Assembly: GCF_009914755.1 (NCBI RefSeq) | Contig: NC_060934.1 | From: the human T2T-CHM13v2.0 reference genome, Homo sapiens | DNA: 64,000 bases | Reading direction: 5' to 3' (one strand) | Shown here: piece by piece, positions 1-12,485 of the stretch | Numbering within the stretch: position 1 is the stretch's first letter | Layout: each line of letters starts with the position of its first letter | Made by a program: the position numbers and the translations under genes | Notes under the pieces: model-generated | What the model was told of the DNA's origin: nothing | The model's database searches: none | The model's input: only the letters and a program-made list of their open reading frames with translations

Positions 1-245
1 CAGACATGCATACACACATGAACAGATATGCACAGACACGTGAACAGACATGCATAAAGACACATGTGAACACATGCCTAGACACGTGAACACACATGCC
101 TAGACACCCATGGACATGCATAAAGACACAAATGAACAGACATGCACAGATGTGAACAGACATGCATAGACACATGTGAACAGACATGCCTAGACACACG
201 TGAACACAGACATGCATAAAGACACGGACACAGACATGCGTGAGG
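1..245. repeat. Degenerate CA-rich tandem repeat (cagacatgcatagacacatgtgaa-like), truncated by the window edge
   Basis: Recurring gacatgc / acacatgtgaac motifs. Confidence 0.85.
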
Positions 246-1140
246 ACAGGCGAGTCACCAGCCCTTGTCCCTTCAAAGTCTCCGACTCATGTTTTTAAAG
301 ACTCTCAACCTCCCTAAAATGAGTGCTGGTCATTCTTTTTTGGAGACTGGCCTTTCTGTGAGGGGAGAACCAATGGCATAAGCTCTGGCAGTGACCTGCC
401 TGCAGCGCTGGGCAACCTGACAGAGGGCACAGCACCTGCGGCCCAGGCGCCAGCCTGCTCCCACATACCCATCGCCAGGGCTGCTGCTGGCTCCCGAGTG
501 CCACGCCCCCCCCCCCCCCCGACAACCCCTGACAGCTGCTGCTGGCTTCTGTACGCCCTGCCCCGCTACCCCACCCCAACCCCTTCCCCATCACTAGGGC
601 TGCTGCTGCTCCCGGAAGTGCCCGTGCATCCTGCGTATTTATCAAGCGGGATACTGGAGGTTCCATTGATCCTGTGAGCCCCAGAACTTTCCGACATGCT
701 CTGTTTTGCATGACAGACATTCTATGTTGCTTGCAAGAGTGATATGAAGATACTCCACAGCCAGTGGGCTGTGGGCATCCCTGTCAGACCTGGGGCTCTT
801 GAAGGCCCTGGACCTTGACGCCTGGAAGACTGACTCATAGCCCAGATGTCCATGCTTGGCCCTGCTGGCACCTGCAGCCACTGGGTGGCTTTCTTGTGAG
901 TGCCTCAGCTTCTGATTTATCTACTTTTTTGTTTTCTTTTTTGCAGAAGAGAATCACTAAGTGATACATATTCCAGAGAGGGCCAAAATTCTACAAATAG
1001 TAAGCAAATGCATCTGCAATTTTATTTGCATTCTACTGCAGATGATCGTTATCCTTTTTAAATTAAGTGGACTGAAAGCCAAGCAACCAACCAGCTGCAA
1101 CTCAGCACCTGGAAGTTCAGTCTCTGCTTTGATACCAGGA

Positions 1141-1821
1141 GCAGGGGCTGTCCCTGGAAGATGGTTAACACGCAGAAGAGGCTGTCCCTGGAAGATGGTT
1201 AACGTGCAGAAGAGGCTGTCCCTGGATGATGGTTAACAGGCAGAAGAGGCTGTCCCTGGAAGATGGCTAACGTGCAGAAGAGGATGTCCCTAGAAGATGG
1301 TTAACACGCAGAAGAGGCTGTCCCTGGATGATGGTTAACGCACAGAAGAGGCTGTCCCTGGAAGATGGTTAACACGCAGAAGAGGCTGTCCCTGGAAGAC
1401 GGTTAAAGCGCAGAAGAGGCTGTCCCTGGAAGATGGTTAACGTGCAGAAGAGGCTGTCCCTGGATGATGGTTAACGCACAGAAGAGGCTGTCCCTGGAAA
1501 ATGGTTAACGTGCAGAAGAGGCTCTCCCTGGATGATGGTTAAGACGAAGAAGAGGCTGTCCCTGGAAGATGGTTAACGTGCAGAAGAGGCTGTCCCTGGA
1601 TGATGGTTAACACGCAGAAGAGGCTGTCCCTGGAAGATGGTTAACGTGCAGAAGAGGCTGTCCCTGGAAGATGGTTAACGCGCAGAAGAGGCTGTCCCTG
1701 GATGATGGTTAACGCGCAGAAGAGGCTGTCCCTGGATGATGTTTAACACGCAGAAGAGGCTGTCCCTGGATGATGGTTAACAGGCAGAAGAGGCTGTCCC
1801 TGGATGATGGTTAACACGCAG
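1141..1821. repeat. 34-bp VNTR, about 20 copies (gaagaggctgtccctggaWgatggttaacRYgca)
   Basis: Period measured 1175 to 1209. Copies are highly similar. Confidence 0.95.
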
Positions 1822-3484
1822 GACACAAATGCTTAGATCACAACACAGAGGAAACGGCCATCCTCGAACCCATCCAAACAGGCATAATCCGTCCTCTACA
1901 GACCCTTCTCTGCAACAAAACAGGGGAATGTAGCAGCCGAACACTTGTCTTTCTTCTTTAAAAAACATAAGGAGTAAATAAAATGAGATCGCTGTACTGC
2001 CTCCCACATTGGACGTGACGACCTTTAAGAAGGCATTCATTTTGTTCTCATGCCAAAACCTACAGGGAAGCCTTGCCAGACCTCACTTAGTACAGCTTTA
2101 CGGAATGTACGAAAGCCGTTTTTCACTTAATAACCTGGCCTCTGACCACTCCTACATGGGAAATTCACCTCAAGTTTTAAGACAGAATACACTTGAGTTC
2201 ACAGGCACTGGCTCATTTTCCAAAAACACGCATCTGTCCCAACCTTTCTGTGGCACACAACTGAAACCCCCGCACAGAGGGAAGTTTCCCTTCTGTTCAC
2301 ACATTCAGAAAACAATGCAGAGAGGGATGTGTTGGTGGAAACGCAAGTACGAGTGCTGCTTTCATCAAATTTATTCAAAAGTAACTTAAACATCAGGGTA
2401 ACGAAAGGTACAGGTTCTAAGGACCAGCATTGGCTTCTCTCCTAAAGATTTTCACCACTGAGATAGAGTTGCTGCCTAATTCATCTCAGGAAATTAGGGA
2501 GTCCAACTGCAATGGCCAATTATACAGATTATTCTTTCTTACAGCATCAGCACTGAACGGTTTAAATATGCATCATATGCATGATAACGACATAAAAAGA
2601 CAGTCTTAATGAGACTGAGTGATGGAGGGGCAGGGAGAACCGGCATGGGGACACTGCGGGCTGCTTCTAGTTTTCAGGACACTGTCATTTCTAATTCAAC
2701 CTGGAATGCTAAAATTGTACCTTTAATCCTTTTCGGTCCTTCGGTGTGTTGAGCCCAATCACGCCAATCAGAAAAGTGGCACACCAGAGAAGACCACTGA
2801 AGCCAGCTCCAGGGAGGTGGCTCTGGAGAGGGGCTGCTGTAACCCATGGTGGGCCGTGTCCAGAGACCACTCCTCCAGACACTGCACGGGAGCAGGCCGC
2901 AGCCGACCTGACATGCGTGCCCACGTGCAACACCAGGCAAGACAGTGGGAGGGAGACACGTCCTGCTCTTGTTATTTCTGTCTGTGTCCTGGTCAATGCC
3001 TGCCCTTCCACAGTTCTGCCTGCAATAATTTAAAAACCACACACTGCTCTGGGAAGCCTGTTGCAAGCAGGTCTCCTGCACTCACTCTACACTCCAGAGC
3101 TCACCCCACAGGAAAGGAATGGTCCTTCTCTTCCCCACCACTGGGAGTATTGCCGTGGACATGCTGCCCCAAGAGCCCCACACCACACCTCCTCTCTCTT
3201 GCCACACCTTCCCTCTGGACCAGCCTTGGATGGGCCGTTGACAGCCGACACAACTTCTCTGCAGGAGCCTGTTCTCCTACAACAGCATATTTAGGCCGTC
3301 AGTGGCACCTACGTTGACCAAGGAAAATGAAAACAAAACCCCAAACCCACAGACGGCTCCACTTAGGTAAAATGTCAAGTGTGTGCGTATCACACAGGAA
3401 GAGGTTTGGGCTTTACTTCTGGTGCATGACATGAGATTGTCAGAGCAAAGTGTACTCTGAATTTACCTACTTTAAATTTCACTT

Positions 3485-3560
3485 TCATTCACTCAAAAAA
3501 TATGTATTAGGCATCAACTATACACCAGAGACAGACAATGAAAAAATAAATATACCAGTA
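3485..3560. mobile_element. L2 fragment
   Basis: tcattcactcaaaaaatatgtattaggcatcaacta resembles the L2 3' end. Confidence 0.5.
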
Positions 3561-3963
3561 AATCCCACAGCACATGGAAGTCGGTAACACTACAAGAAAA
3601 GCAGGCTGATGAAAACAGACCCTATCCCACCCCAGAAGAAACCAGAGATTGGTACACGCACATGGAAATTGGAGTAAATTCCAAGGACACGGTATTACGA
3701 TTCCATGCGCCTCTAGACAGTTCCACTTATTAAGGAATTACCGTGAAACTGCAGAGAGCGATAAATGTTTTTTAATGAATGAATCTAGGCTGTTCAAAAG
3801 AATCTGTTCCAGCACATAAAAACAGAAATAAACTCATCTTGAAAGGTTAGGTCCCGTTTTCACCCTCACCCTCAGCATCGACTGTTAGGATTTCCTGATC
3901 TCCCTTCGCTGCTGAATTAGGACTGTCTCTAGGTTATCTACGTAAATCAACATGACCCAGTAC

Positions 3964-4078
3964 CTCCGGATGGCCACAGTGAGGGCCTCTGGCGAGCTGG
4001 CACAAGGACAGATGACCTCCTGTCGAAGGCCTTTACTTTGGAAGACATTGAGAAATGCATCGCAAGAAGAAATAGACC
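3964..4078 (-). CDS. DIP2C: DIP2C coding exon 17 (115 nt): WSISSCDAFLNVFQSKGLRQEVICPCASSPEALTVAIRR
   Basis: Acceptor TTCACTCTAG|GG, donor GGAG|GTACTG. Contained in ORF 3885..4118. I found no further exon in 1-3963. Confidence 0.95.
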
Positions 4079-5342
4079 CTAGAGTGAAAGAGGGACAATG
4101 ATCAGACAGCTGAAGCACTGTGATTGATTACAAAATCCCACCATAGAAAATAGTTCCGAAGGTGGGATTCAGGCACAAGTGGATCTAGGCAGCGTGGAAA
4201 AATATTTAATACAATTTATTATTTATGTTACACTGAAAGTGGTTATTCTCAAACAGAACTCAAGAATTTAAAGAATGCAACCTCCACATTTATGACACCT
4301 TTTCTGACAGATGAACTTACTTTAGTAACTTTTCTGAGACTTGTTCCACCATTTTCAGTACAGAAGTTCCAAGACAGGGGTAAATCTAAACCAAATGAAG
4401 AAAACTTTCCTCTCTATTAATTTAAATGATGAGGTCGAGGCACAATTATCAAGAACATATCAGCTAAACTATCTCCAAATATAGATATACTTTTCTTTAT
4501 GCAAGATGTATTGTTTTGTACTTATGGGTTAAAACCAATTGTTCATTAAATTAGCTCAGGATTTATGAAATTCTATAAGTGAAGACTGTTTATAAAACCT
4601 GTTTATGAGTCTGCTTTTGTATATCAGGCATTAAAGGAGTTTATGCTGCTTTAGTTTACAAACATGAACGTTGCATGTTTCATAAATGTGGTCAGATACC
4701 TTTAATTTCACTTTGCTTCTGAAGCTTTATGTACTTTTTTCACAAAAGCATGCTAGCTAGGTTCTTGTTTCAGTTGGCTGAAATATTTCTCAAGGTGTAT
4801 TTATAGTATTCTGTGGAGCTGCTAATTTACTTTAACTGGGTATTTTTGTTACAGGATGTGATAACGCAATTACATTTAAAACGACAAATTAATTTACTGA
4901 TCAAGAAAACTACTATACACCAAAAAGTACTAGCAGTCAAGTATTTCTTGAATATTTCCTTATTACCTGCTTAGGGCTTACTTCACTTCATCCTCATGAA
5001 AATTTATGACTTAAGCACCGTTTTACAGCCGGGGAAACAGGGTCAGCAAAGGAACTTTCTCTACAGAATCAAGACATCCTCTGAATCCCAGGGCTGTGGA
5101 GTCTACAAATGCCTGTCCTTATTATGCCATCGTACCTCTTGGCCCGAGTGAGTGATTACTGTTTGGTGATTTTAAGACAATTTCTTTACTAAGATAAGGA
5201 TTAGAAAAAGAAAAATCAAAGTGCAAAGAATGAAACCTGGGGAAAAAATAAAAAAGACTTCACAGCCTGCCTGCCTCACGAAAAAAAAAAAAAAAGACTC
5301 CACAGCCCGCCTGCCTCACGAGATCACACGCTCCTCACTTAC

Positions 5343-5462
5343 AGGGGTTCGCGCCGTCCGCCACTATCAGCATTCGCAGAGAGGAGAGGTTGATGTCTCT
5401 CTGATCTCTGTGTGCTACTAATGCCCAATGCATATCCCTCGATTTCACACACGCCACTTTTG
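5343..5462 (-). CDS. DIP2C: DIP2C coding exon 16 (120 nt): AKVACVKSRDMHWALVAHRDQRDINLSSLRMLIVADGANP
   Basis: Acceptor TTCTTTTTAG|CA, donor CCCT|GTAAGT. Contained in ORF 5335..5697. Confidence 0.95.
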
Positions 5463-5587
5463 CTAAAAAGAAAAATAGAAATAAGTTAACATGTGCCACC
5501 GTCAGATCGTCCCCTATTGCAAAAGAGAGATCATTGTGAGTAGTGGGGAAGGGTGAAGAATCACTGGTCACCCAGCCCCCACAAACC

Positions 5588-5849
5588 TTTTTTTTTTTTT
5601 TTTTTTTTTTTTGTGATCTTGGCTCACCGCAACCTCCTTCTCCTGGGTTCAAGATTTCTCCTGCCTCAACCTCCCGAGTAGCTGGGATTATAGGCATGCG
5701 CCATCAGGCCTGGCTAATTTTTGTATTATTAGTAGAAACGGGGTTTCTCCATATTGGCCCGGGTGGTCTGGAACTCCTGACCTCAGGTGATCCACCTGCT
5801 TTGGCCTCCTAAAGCGCTGGGATTACAGGTGTGAGCCACTGCGCCCGGC
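5588..5849 (-). mobile_element. AluS-like element lacking about 43 nt before its poly(A)
   Basis: Poly-T joined directly to gtgatcttggctcac, ending gtgagccactgcgcccggc. Confidence 0.92.
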
Positions 5850-5858
5850 GAGACCCAC

Positions 5859-5952
5859 CTTTGTACTGGCAGACCTTCTGGATCCAGGAGAGAGGGTTCA
5901 CCTTCATCAGCGAGTACGGGATGCTGATCACATGCATCATGTTCATGACGCT
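5859..5952 (-). CDS. DIP2C: DIP2C coding exon 15 (94 nt): SVMNMMHVISIPYSLMKVNPLSWIQKVCQYK
   Basis: Acceptor TTGATTGCAG|AG, donor AAAG|GTGGGT. Confidence 0.95.
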
Positions 5953-5994
5953 CTGCAATCAACAAAGGAACACGCAGGGTGAGCATGGAGGGGC

Positions 5995-6560
5995 ACGCAG
6001 AGGAGCAGCTCTCACCCAGTGGCATGGACACTAGGCCGCACGGGCAGGGGGGAGCTCTCAGGGAGCGCTGCAGACACCATGCACACAGGCCCCTGGAGGC
6101 TCCTCAGGGTGGGGCTGGCAGGGATGGCAAATACAGAGGGGCATAGTGGAGGAGCAGCTCTCAGTGAGTGCCATGGACACCAGACTGCACAGGCCCCCAG
6201 GGAAGGAGGAGGAGAAGCAGCTCTCAGGGAGCGCCGCGGACACCAGGCTGCACGGGCCAGGAGGAGCAGCAGTTCTCAAGGAGCACCACAGACACCAGGC
6301 TGCAAGGGCCCGGAAGAGCAGCAGGTCTCAGAGAGTGCCACGGACACCAGGCTGCACGGGCCCTGAGGAGAAGCAGCTCTCAGGGAGCGCCACGGACACC
6401 AGGCTGCACGGGCTGGGAGGAGAAGCAGCTCTCATGGAGCACCGTGGACGCCAGGCTGCACGGGACCCGAGGATCAGCAGCTTTCAGGGAGCACCACGGA
6501 CACCGGGCTGCACAGGCCTGGAGGAGGAGCGGTCGCACAGGACCCTGGAGGCTCCTCAGT
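5995..6560. repeat. Degenerate GC-rich minisatellite, about 55-60-bp unit (ggagcagctctcagggagcgccacggacaccaggctgcacgggcc)
   Basis: Eight to nine recognisable copies, which explain the repetitive ORFs 6019-6686. Confidence 0.88.
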
Positions 6561-7715
6561 GTGGGAATGGCAGGGATGGCTGGTCTGCATGAATGTGACA
6601 CGGTAGGGTCTGGGTGTAATCCTTTAAAACATGTCCATGAAAAGCGACTTCCCAAGGTCTCCCTCGAACTCCACTGCTTTCCCTAAACTACTCCTGACAG
6701 AATTAAGTAATTTAAGTCCAAATCTTTTTAAGACGAAACCTTTGGTGAAACAGATCGTCATTTTCAACAGCCTTTCGTATCCTCAAAGCCTAATTCTTCC
6801 CGGTGTGTTATGCTAACTTTTATTTCACAGAACCCATCTTGAGAACCGCACACTGCTCTGAATCGCAGGGCTAGGGGAAGCTCGGATTCTGGCTCTGGCC
6901 GGGCCTTGCTGCGGCAGATTACTACTTCTGACAAAAATAAACTGGGAAACACTGGCTAGTACCTGCACGCTGCTGCACACAGAGGCTGGGACTCACACCT
7001 ACAGGGGCGGCAGCAACACACCTGCCTCACACCGCAGCAGTCAGACCAGGCACCACCTGGCAGGCTGTGTGGCGGGCTAGGATTCTTGCAGTCTTGTAGG
7101 CTACGGGGTGGGGGCAGACGAGAGGGCAGAGACCCCTCTGCCACTGGCTCGATTTGGGAAGCTCCAGATGAAAGCGAAAAAGCATGTGCCTTCACTCCCC
7201 AGAGCTCTGCCGACTCCCCGCCACTCTGCTGGGGGAGGTAAGGGTGTCTCAAAAGATGCTGCTGCCTGCTCAGAGACCTCGCTTTAGATGTGACAGTGGA
7301 GAGACTCGCACCTGCCAGGGCTGCCAGCTGTACCCCGGAGCACGGAGCAGGCAGGCTGGCACCACCAGCGGGAGCTCCTCAGAGAGGCGGCCCCGTGACG
7401 AGGCCTCGAAAGCAGGGCTGTGTGGACAACGTCACAGCCGGAAAGTTGGGTGTTCTAATGACGAGAGTGACTAACGGCACCAGTGATGTAGCTGTCTGTT
7501 CTTTGGGACCTGATCATTGAATCACATGCGTCAAACGTGTAGGTGGAGTGAGTGCTTCAACTTTAGGCCACAGAATTCTCACACCGGCCACGTCAAATAG
7601 GATCGTCGTTCCATTCACAGACAGAAAAACTGAGGTTTGGATTTGAGAAGGGACTTGGACGCACGTCTGACATGCCTGAGTCACAAAGCTAAGAAAGGAA
7701 AGGCTGAGACACAAG

Positions 7716-7879
7716 CCCAGGTCCTCCAATCCCAAAGCAGGGGCTCCCACTGCACCAGCACATAACGGTGCTGGGAACAAGCTGCTCCATCTTATCCCAG
7801 GTCCTTCAATCCCAAAGCAGGGGCTCCCCACTGCACCAGCACACAGTGGTGCTGGGAACACGCTGCTCCATCTTATCCC
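7716..7879. repeat. Tandem duplication of about 80 bp
   Basis: cccaggtcct..aatcccaaagcaggggctccc...gctgctccatcttatccc occurs twice. Confidence 0.9.
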
Positions 7880-8746
7880 CCAACAGCATCCAGACTTGAG
7901 AGACGACCTGTGTGTAACACGGAAAGAAGCCAGCCGGGCTGCTCTGCAGCCACAGATATTTGGTCTAGGAAATGCTTGCCGGCTCCTCTTCACATGAATT
8001 CTGGTTCGCCAAGAAACGGCGAATACAGGAATTCCTGTATTCATATGCCCATCACTCATGTGACAACTCCTAGAATTTTCTACCTCCAAAAGGTAAGAAG
8101 CTTCAGCGTAAGAAATTATTCAAAAGAAAAATGAGTGAAAATTACCACATATGAAACAGATGGGGGGAGCGTCTAAGCAGTCATGCTCCACGTAGCTTTT
8201 AAGGGCCAGGCCCACCTTAAACAAATAACAAGGCTACTTCCCCACGAAAAGTGCCCAAGCCCGGCACGTCATCCAGGGCACTCGTGACTGTGAGACAGTC
8301 GTTTCCCTACAACACACACAGACTGCCATCCTCAAGGGCAAATCTGGAAACTACTTTCCCCCGCAGAGTAACACAATAGCAGGCCCCACCGACTCAACAA
8401 ACAGAAACATCCAGCTAACCAGATGTACGGGACAGTAGCCCACACACGAACCAACCTTTGACGTTATTCTAAGATACTGAATGCCAAAAGTGCGGGAAGA
8501 AAGATAATGATCTCCACGTGAGCCCTGGAAGGCTGTTTTCGGCAGCTGTAACCTCAATCCACGTGTCCAAGACCCTCACACCAGTGGCTGCTGACACAAC
8601 TGGCTTTGTGGTGCAGTTGTGAACCACGTTAGTGGACAACCTCGGTCTTCTAACAGTGACGATTTTCTGCTTCACAGTGTGGCAGGAAGCAGCTTGCACA
8701 AGTGAAACGTAGGCAAATCTAGGCATTTGTATTCCTACACCCAGCA

Positions 8747-9048
8747 CACTCCTGTGTGGACAGACAGTGAGGGGAGGGGACTCCTGTGTGGACAGGCAGT
8801 GCGGGCGGCGGGGGGGCGACTCCTGTGTGGACAGACAGTGAGGGGAGGGGACTCCTGTGTGGACAGGCAGGGCGGGGTGGGGGGCGACTCCTGTGTGGAC
8901 AGGCAGGGTGGGAGGGAGACTCCTGTGTGGACAGACAGTGTGGGGAGGGGACTCCTGTGTGGACAGACAGTATGGGGAGGGGGACTCCTGTGTGGACAGG
9001 CAGGGCAGGGTGGGGGACTCCTTTGTGGACAGACACGGCCGGGGGGAC
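8747..9048. repeat. G-rich minisatellite, about 32-38-bp unit (gactcctgtgtggacagRcag...gggg), about 9 copies
   Basis: Directly visible. It abuts the exon 14 donor. Confidence 0.92.
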
Positions 9049-9057
9049 CTCACTTAC

Positions 9058-9122
9058 TGTCAGGATGCCATGCCAGAGCCCGACGTCCTTCTTGAAATCC
9101 AGCACATTCACAATGGTTTCAG
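9058..9122 (-). CDS. DIP2C: DIP2C coding exon 14 (65 nt): AETIVNVLDFKKDVGLWHGILT
   Basis: Acceptor TGTTGTGCAG|CT, donor ACA|GTAAGT. Overlaps ORF 8719..9111. Confidence 0.95.
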
Positions 9123-10184
9123 CTGCACAACAGAGGGAGTCAGGAGATTTTTACTTAGGACAGGGCGGCAACAGATCAAAATGCAAACAAAATCCAATAT
9201 TGCATCAGGGGAAATAACAGATCTTGGGAAAATATCATTTTGCCGTATCTTGGTGGAAATTCTGTAGACTCCAAGTAGGCCGGTTTGAGTGCCGGCCACC
9301 CTGGAGTTTCTCGACAGATATCCTGACACATGAGTGAGCAGCGTTAGCTCTCCACACTGCACCTTAAAACGCAGCGTTCCTTCTCCTTTTATATATTTCC
9401 CCCTCTCTGCCTTTTTCTTTAAAAGATTTCTTTTCACTTCCTCATGAGTCTCCCAGGAAAGGAAGCTTTGCAGCTGGCATGCCCTCTGCGCACAGAGGAG
9501 GAAGTGGATTTTTGGCAACACAGGGGCCTACACAGCTCTACTGCAAGTCTCCAAGGTTGGAGCTGCAATAAAAAAAGGAGGCACTGCAATTTGGAAGACG
9601 GGGAGGACAATCTATTCAATGACTATGGGGGAGGGCTCTAAAAAGGTGCTAAAAGCTCGTGCTTGATGAGGTTTACCATCACAGAGCATGCTGGCCCTGA
9701 ACAGACCTAGCTTTCTCCCGAAGTCACCTGGCCAGCCAAGGTCAGCAGCTGCCTGCAGGTGACTCAGTCTCACCTCCCCTTCCAAAGGCTAAAGTGTGGA
9801 GGATAATAGACAGGAGGCTTTCACAATAAATGGCCAAAAGTAAACAACCTAAGTTCCTTTTGAAAGTAGTGAAGTAAAGAGCGAACGTATCATTCCCTCC
9901 CCAACCTCCACAAGCGTGACCACCCTGGACCTTGGAGGCGCAGGGGGCAGTGCGTCCCCAGGTGTGAAAACTCCATGGCCAAACATCAGAATACCCACGA
10001 GACACACACGCTGTTTTTAAAAGGGAGATTATGAGGATGGGCAGATAATAAAAATAGTAGAAAAAGAAAAGTGTTTCATTCCACAGCGGAGCGGCAGATG
10101 CCACCACGGCTTCGTGAAGTTCCAGAAAGAGACGCCAGGCAGGGGTGCACGCCGCAGCGGTGCCCTGTCAGGAGCCTGGTCAAG

Positions 10185-10640
10185 GGGATGTCAGGGAGCC
10201 TCAGGGGGTCTCCGGAGGGGGTCTCAAGGGGCCTTGGGGCATCCTAAGGGATCTCAGGGACATGGGGGGGTTCTCTGGAGTCTCAAGGGGCCTCGGGGCA
10301 TCCCAAGGGATCTCAGGGCCACGGGGATTCTCTGGGGGTTCTCTGGGGTCTCAAGGGGCCTCGGGCCATCCCAAGGGATCTCAGGGGCATGGGGGTTCTC
10401 TGGGGGTTCTCTGAGGTCTCAAGGGGCCTTGGGGCATCCCAAGGGATCTCAGGGGCATGGGGGTTCTCTGGGGTCTCAAAGGGCCTCAGGGCATCCCAAG
10501 GGATCTCAGGGGCATGGGGGTTCTCAAGGGGTCTCAAAGGGCCTCAGGGTACATCACAACGTCTCAGAACATCTCAGGAGGTTTCAGGGGATATCAGCAG
10601 GACTCAGGCCACCAATGGGGGGAGTCTCTGGGGTCCCCGG
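10185..10640. repeat. G-rich degenerate minisatellite, about 57-68-bp unit (gtctcaaggggcctcggggcatcccaagggatctcaggggcatgggggttctct)
   Basis: About five good copies plus decayed flanks. Confidence 0.88.
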
Positions 10641-10879
10641 GGTCGCACCCTCCCCTCTCTGTGCCATTTCAGTGTGGTTGCCACAGTTCCCTCCACTCAA
10701 GTTCCCTCCACTCACTTCCCCTCTTTGCCTCCCATACCAGCCCACCCGGGGGAAGGAAAACACATCACGAGCACCAATGCAGAGACTCTGACTCAATTGG
10801 GAGGGTGGGTGGACACACAGGCGTTTTCTTTACAACTAAAGATATGCTCATGTGCACCCAGGGATGAAGCTCCACGGCG

Positions 10880-11157
10880 TTAACAGCGTCTCCCCAGATC
10901 CACATGCTGAAGCCCAGGCCCCGGCGTGGCTGTGTGGAGAGCGCACCTTTCAGGAGGTCCTTTGCATTCAGTGGGGTGGTAGGGATGGGTTCCTAACTGC
11001 ACATCTTCTCACACCTCCTACGAGAAACCTGGAAGAGACCCCCACTGGGAACTGCCCAAGGACACGCTGACCTCAGACCTCCGCGCTGTGCGGACATAAA
11101 TGTCTGCTGTTGAAGCCGCCCAGTCTGTAGTATTTGCTATGGTAGGCTGAGCTGATA
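10880..11157 (+). mobile_element. MLT1-type (MaLR) LTR remnant
   Basis: The 3' end ataaatgtctgctgttgaagccgcccagtctgtagtatttgctatggtag matches the MLT1 terminus pattern. Confidence 0.7.
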
Positions 11158-11303
11158 TCCTAACTCAACAATAAGTTCATGTCAGCGGAGCTGGGCACAA
11201 ACTTCACGCTATTTCTATGGCTCCTCGTGGGAGTGATGTGGCCTTCGTGTCAGGTGTCCCGGTTAGAACCAGGGTCCCAAGGAGTCAGGGTCTGGCACCC
11301 CAC

Positions 11304-11406
11304 CTTCCGTGTAGCCACACGCCTGCGTCAGGGCCTGGCAGTGTGTCAGCAGCGCAGTCCTCGTCACCGTCACACCCAGCACACTGCCATCCTTACACGT
11401 CTTGTA
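11304..11406 (-). CDS. DIP2C: DIP2C coding exon 13 (103 nt): YKTCKDGSVLGVTVTRTALLTHCQALTQACGYTE
   Basis: Acceptor CTCGTTTCAG|TA, donor GAAG|GTGGGG. Follows a 170-nt intron. Confidence 0.94.
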
Positions 11407-11576
11407 CTGAAACGAGACAAAGCGTGAGGGAAGTGGGGCTGACAGGTCACGGCAGTTTTTCTGGTTACTTGAGGTTCTCCAAGTCCCTGAATTTTGGCAC
11501 TCGTGTAACCGTCAGAAACACACGTTAGTGCCAAGGCCACACTCAGGGCCAGTGGAGGAGGCCAAGGCTGACTCAC

Positions 11577-11686
11577 CTCAATATACGCAGTGTCGTTATT
11601 GGCATCTTTAATGTGTGGGAACCAGTCTCGGGGCGGTTTGGAGAGATGTTTAGACTCTGTGACAAACCACAGCAGCTTTGGCCAAC
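11577..11686 (-). CDS. DIP2C: DIP2C coding exon 12 (110 nt): GWPKLLWFVTESKHLSKPPRDWFPHIKDANNDTAYIE
   Basis: Acceptor TTTATTTCCAAG|GT (AAG type), donor GAG|GTGAGT. Confidence 0.94.
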
Positions 11687-12052
11687 CTTGGAAATAAACA
11701 ACAAGTTCCTTTTAAATGTTACTCTGAAAGTCGGTCTGTAGAATTTCTCCCCATTTATGTGGTACCCTTTCAAACACGTCAACTAGATCGAATCTCTGGT
11801 GTCTCCGGACTTCACGAGATCTAAGACATCAACAGAAGAGCACCCAAGCCGCCACCATGCGTTACCTCACGTCACCCCACGGGCTGGCAACTCGGCTGTG
11901 TCATCAGGGACGAGAACGCATGAAAACTCGTGGGTCTGTGACTGACGTTTCATTCCACAGAGGATTGAAACCGAGGCGGGGTGACGTATTCCCGCACCCG
12001 TCTTCTGACAAAGGACGTGGGCATGCGAGCTCTCGGAGGCTCGGTGGCTTAC

Positions 12053-12176
12053 CTTTAAACTGTGGGATCTCTCCCGTTGGGCTTTTTGGAAGTCCTTTAT
12101 GGCAGGCGTCACTAGTCAAGGCTACAGTAACTCCACAGCTTCCAAGCAAGAAACCTATCTGCTGGCTCCCTGCGTC
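12053..12176 (-). CDS. DIP2C: DIP2C coding exon 11 (124 nt): DAGSQQIGFLLGSCG...GEIPQFK
   Basis: Acceptor CCCTCTCAG|GA, donor AAAG|GTAAGC. Contained in ORF 11904..12290. Confidence 0.96.
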
Positions 12177-12289
12177 CTGAGAGGGCAACAGAGAGGAGTT
12201 GAGAATCCACGACCTGCCCCGCTCCGCCCAGCCTTCGGCCCTCCCTCCAGCGTTCACACAGACCCTCGAGTCTGCAGAACCAGGATCCA

Positions 12290-12485
12290 ACCCCCAGCCC
12301 TGCTGCTTGGTATCTGTGGGACCCTGAACAGGTGAGACTGCATGGCCTCAGTGTCCTCACGTGTAAAACAGGTATAGAAAGAACAGCTGTCTCCCAGGTT
12401 TGTTGAGGGATAAATTAGAAGAGGGTGTGGAAAGTGCTCAGTGCAGGCTGGCGTTCAGCGGGTCGCGTTAAGAGCCTGCTGTTAT
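12290..12485 (+). mobile_element. MIR fragment
   Basis: Core gcctcagtgtcctcacgtgtaaaacagg...gttgagggataaattag...aaagtgctcag. Confidence 0.65.

Noticed and set aside
5251-5320. Short duplication (aaagactYcacagccYgcctgcctcacg x2) near the exon 16 donor
   Set aside because: It does not include the splice site and looks like an ordinary slippage product.
10114-10883. Gly/Ser-rich ORFs up to 225 aa
   Set aside because: Translation of a G-rich tandem repeat, antisense to DIP2C, with no splice or promoter support.
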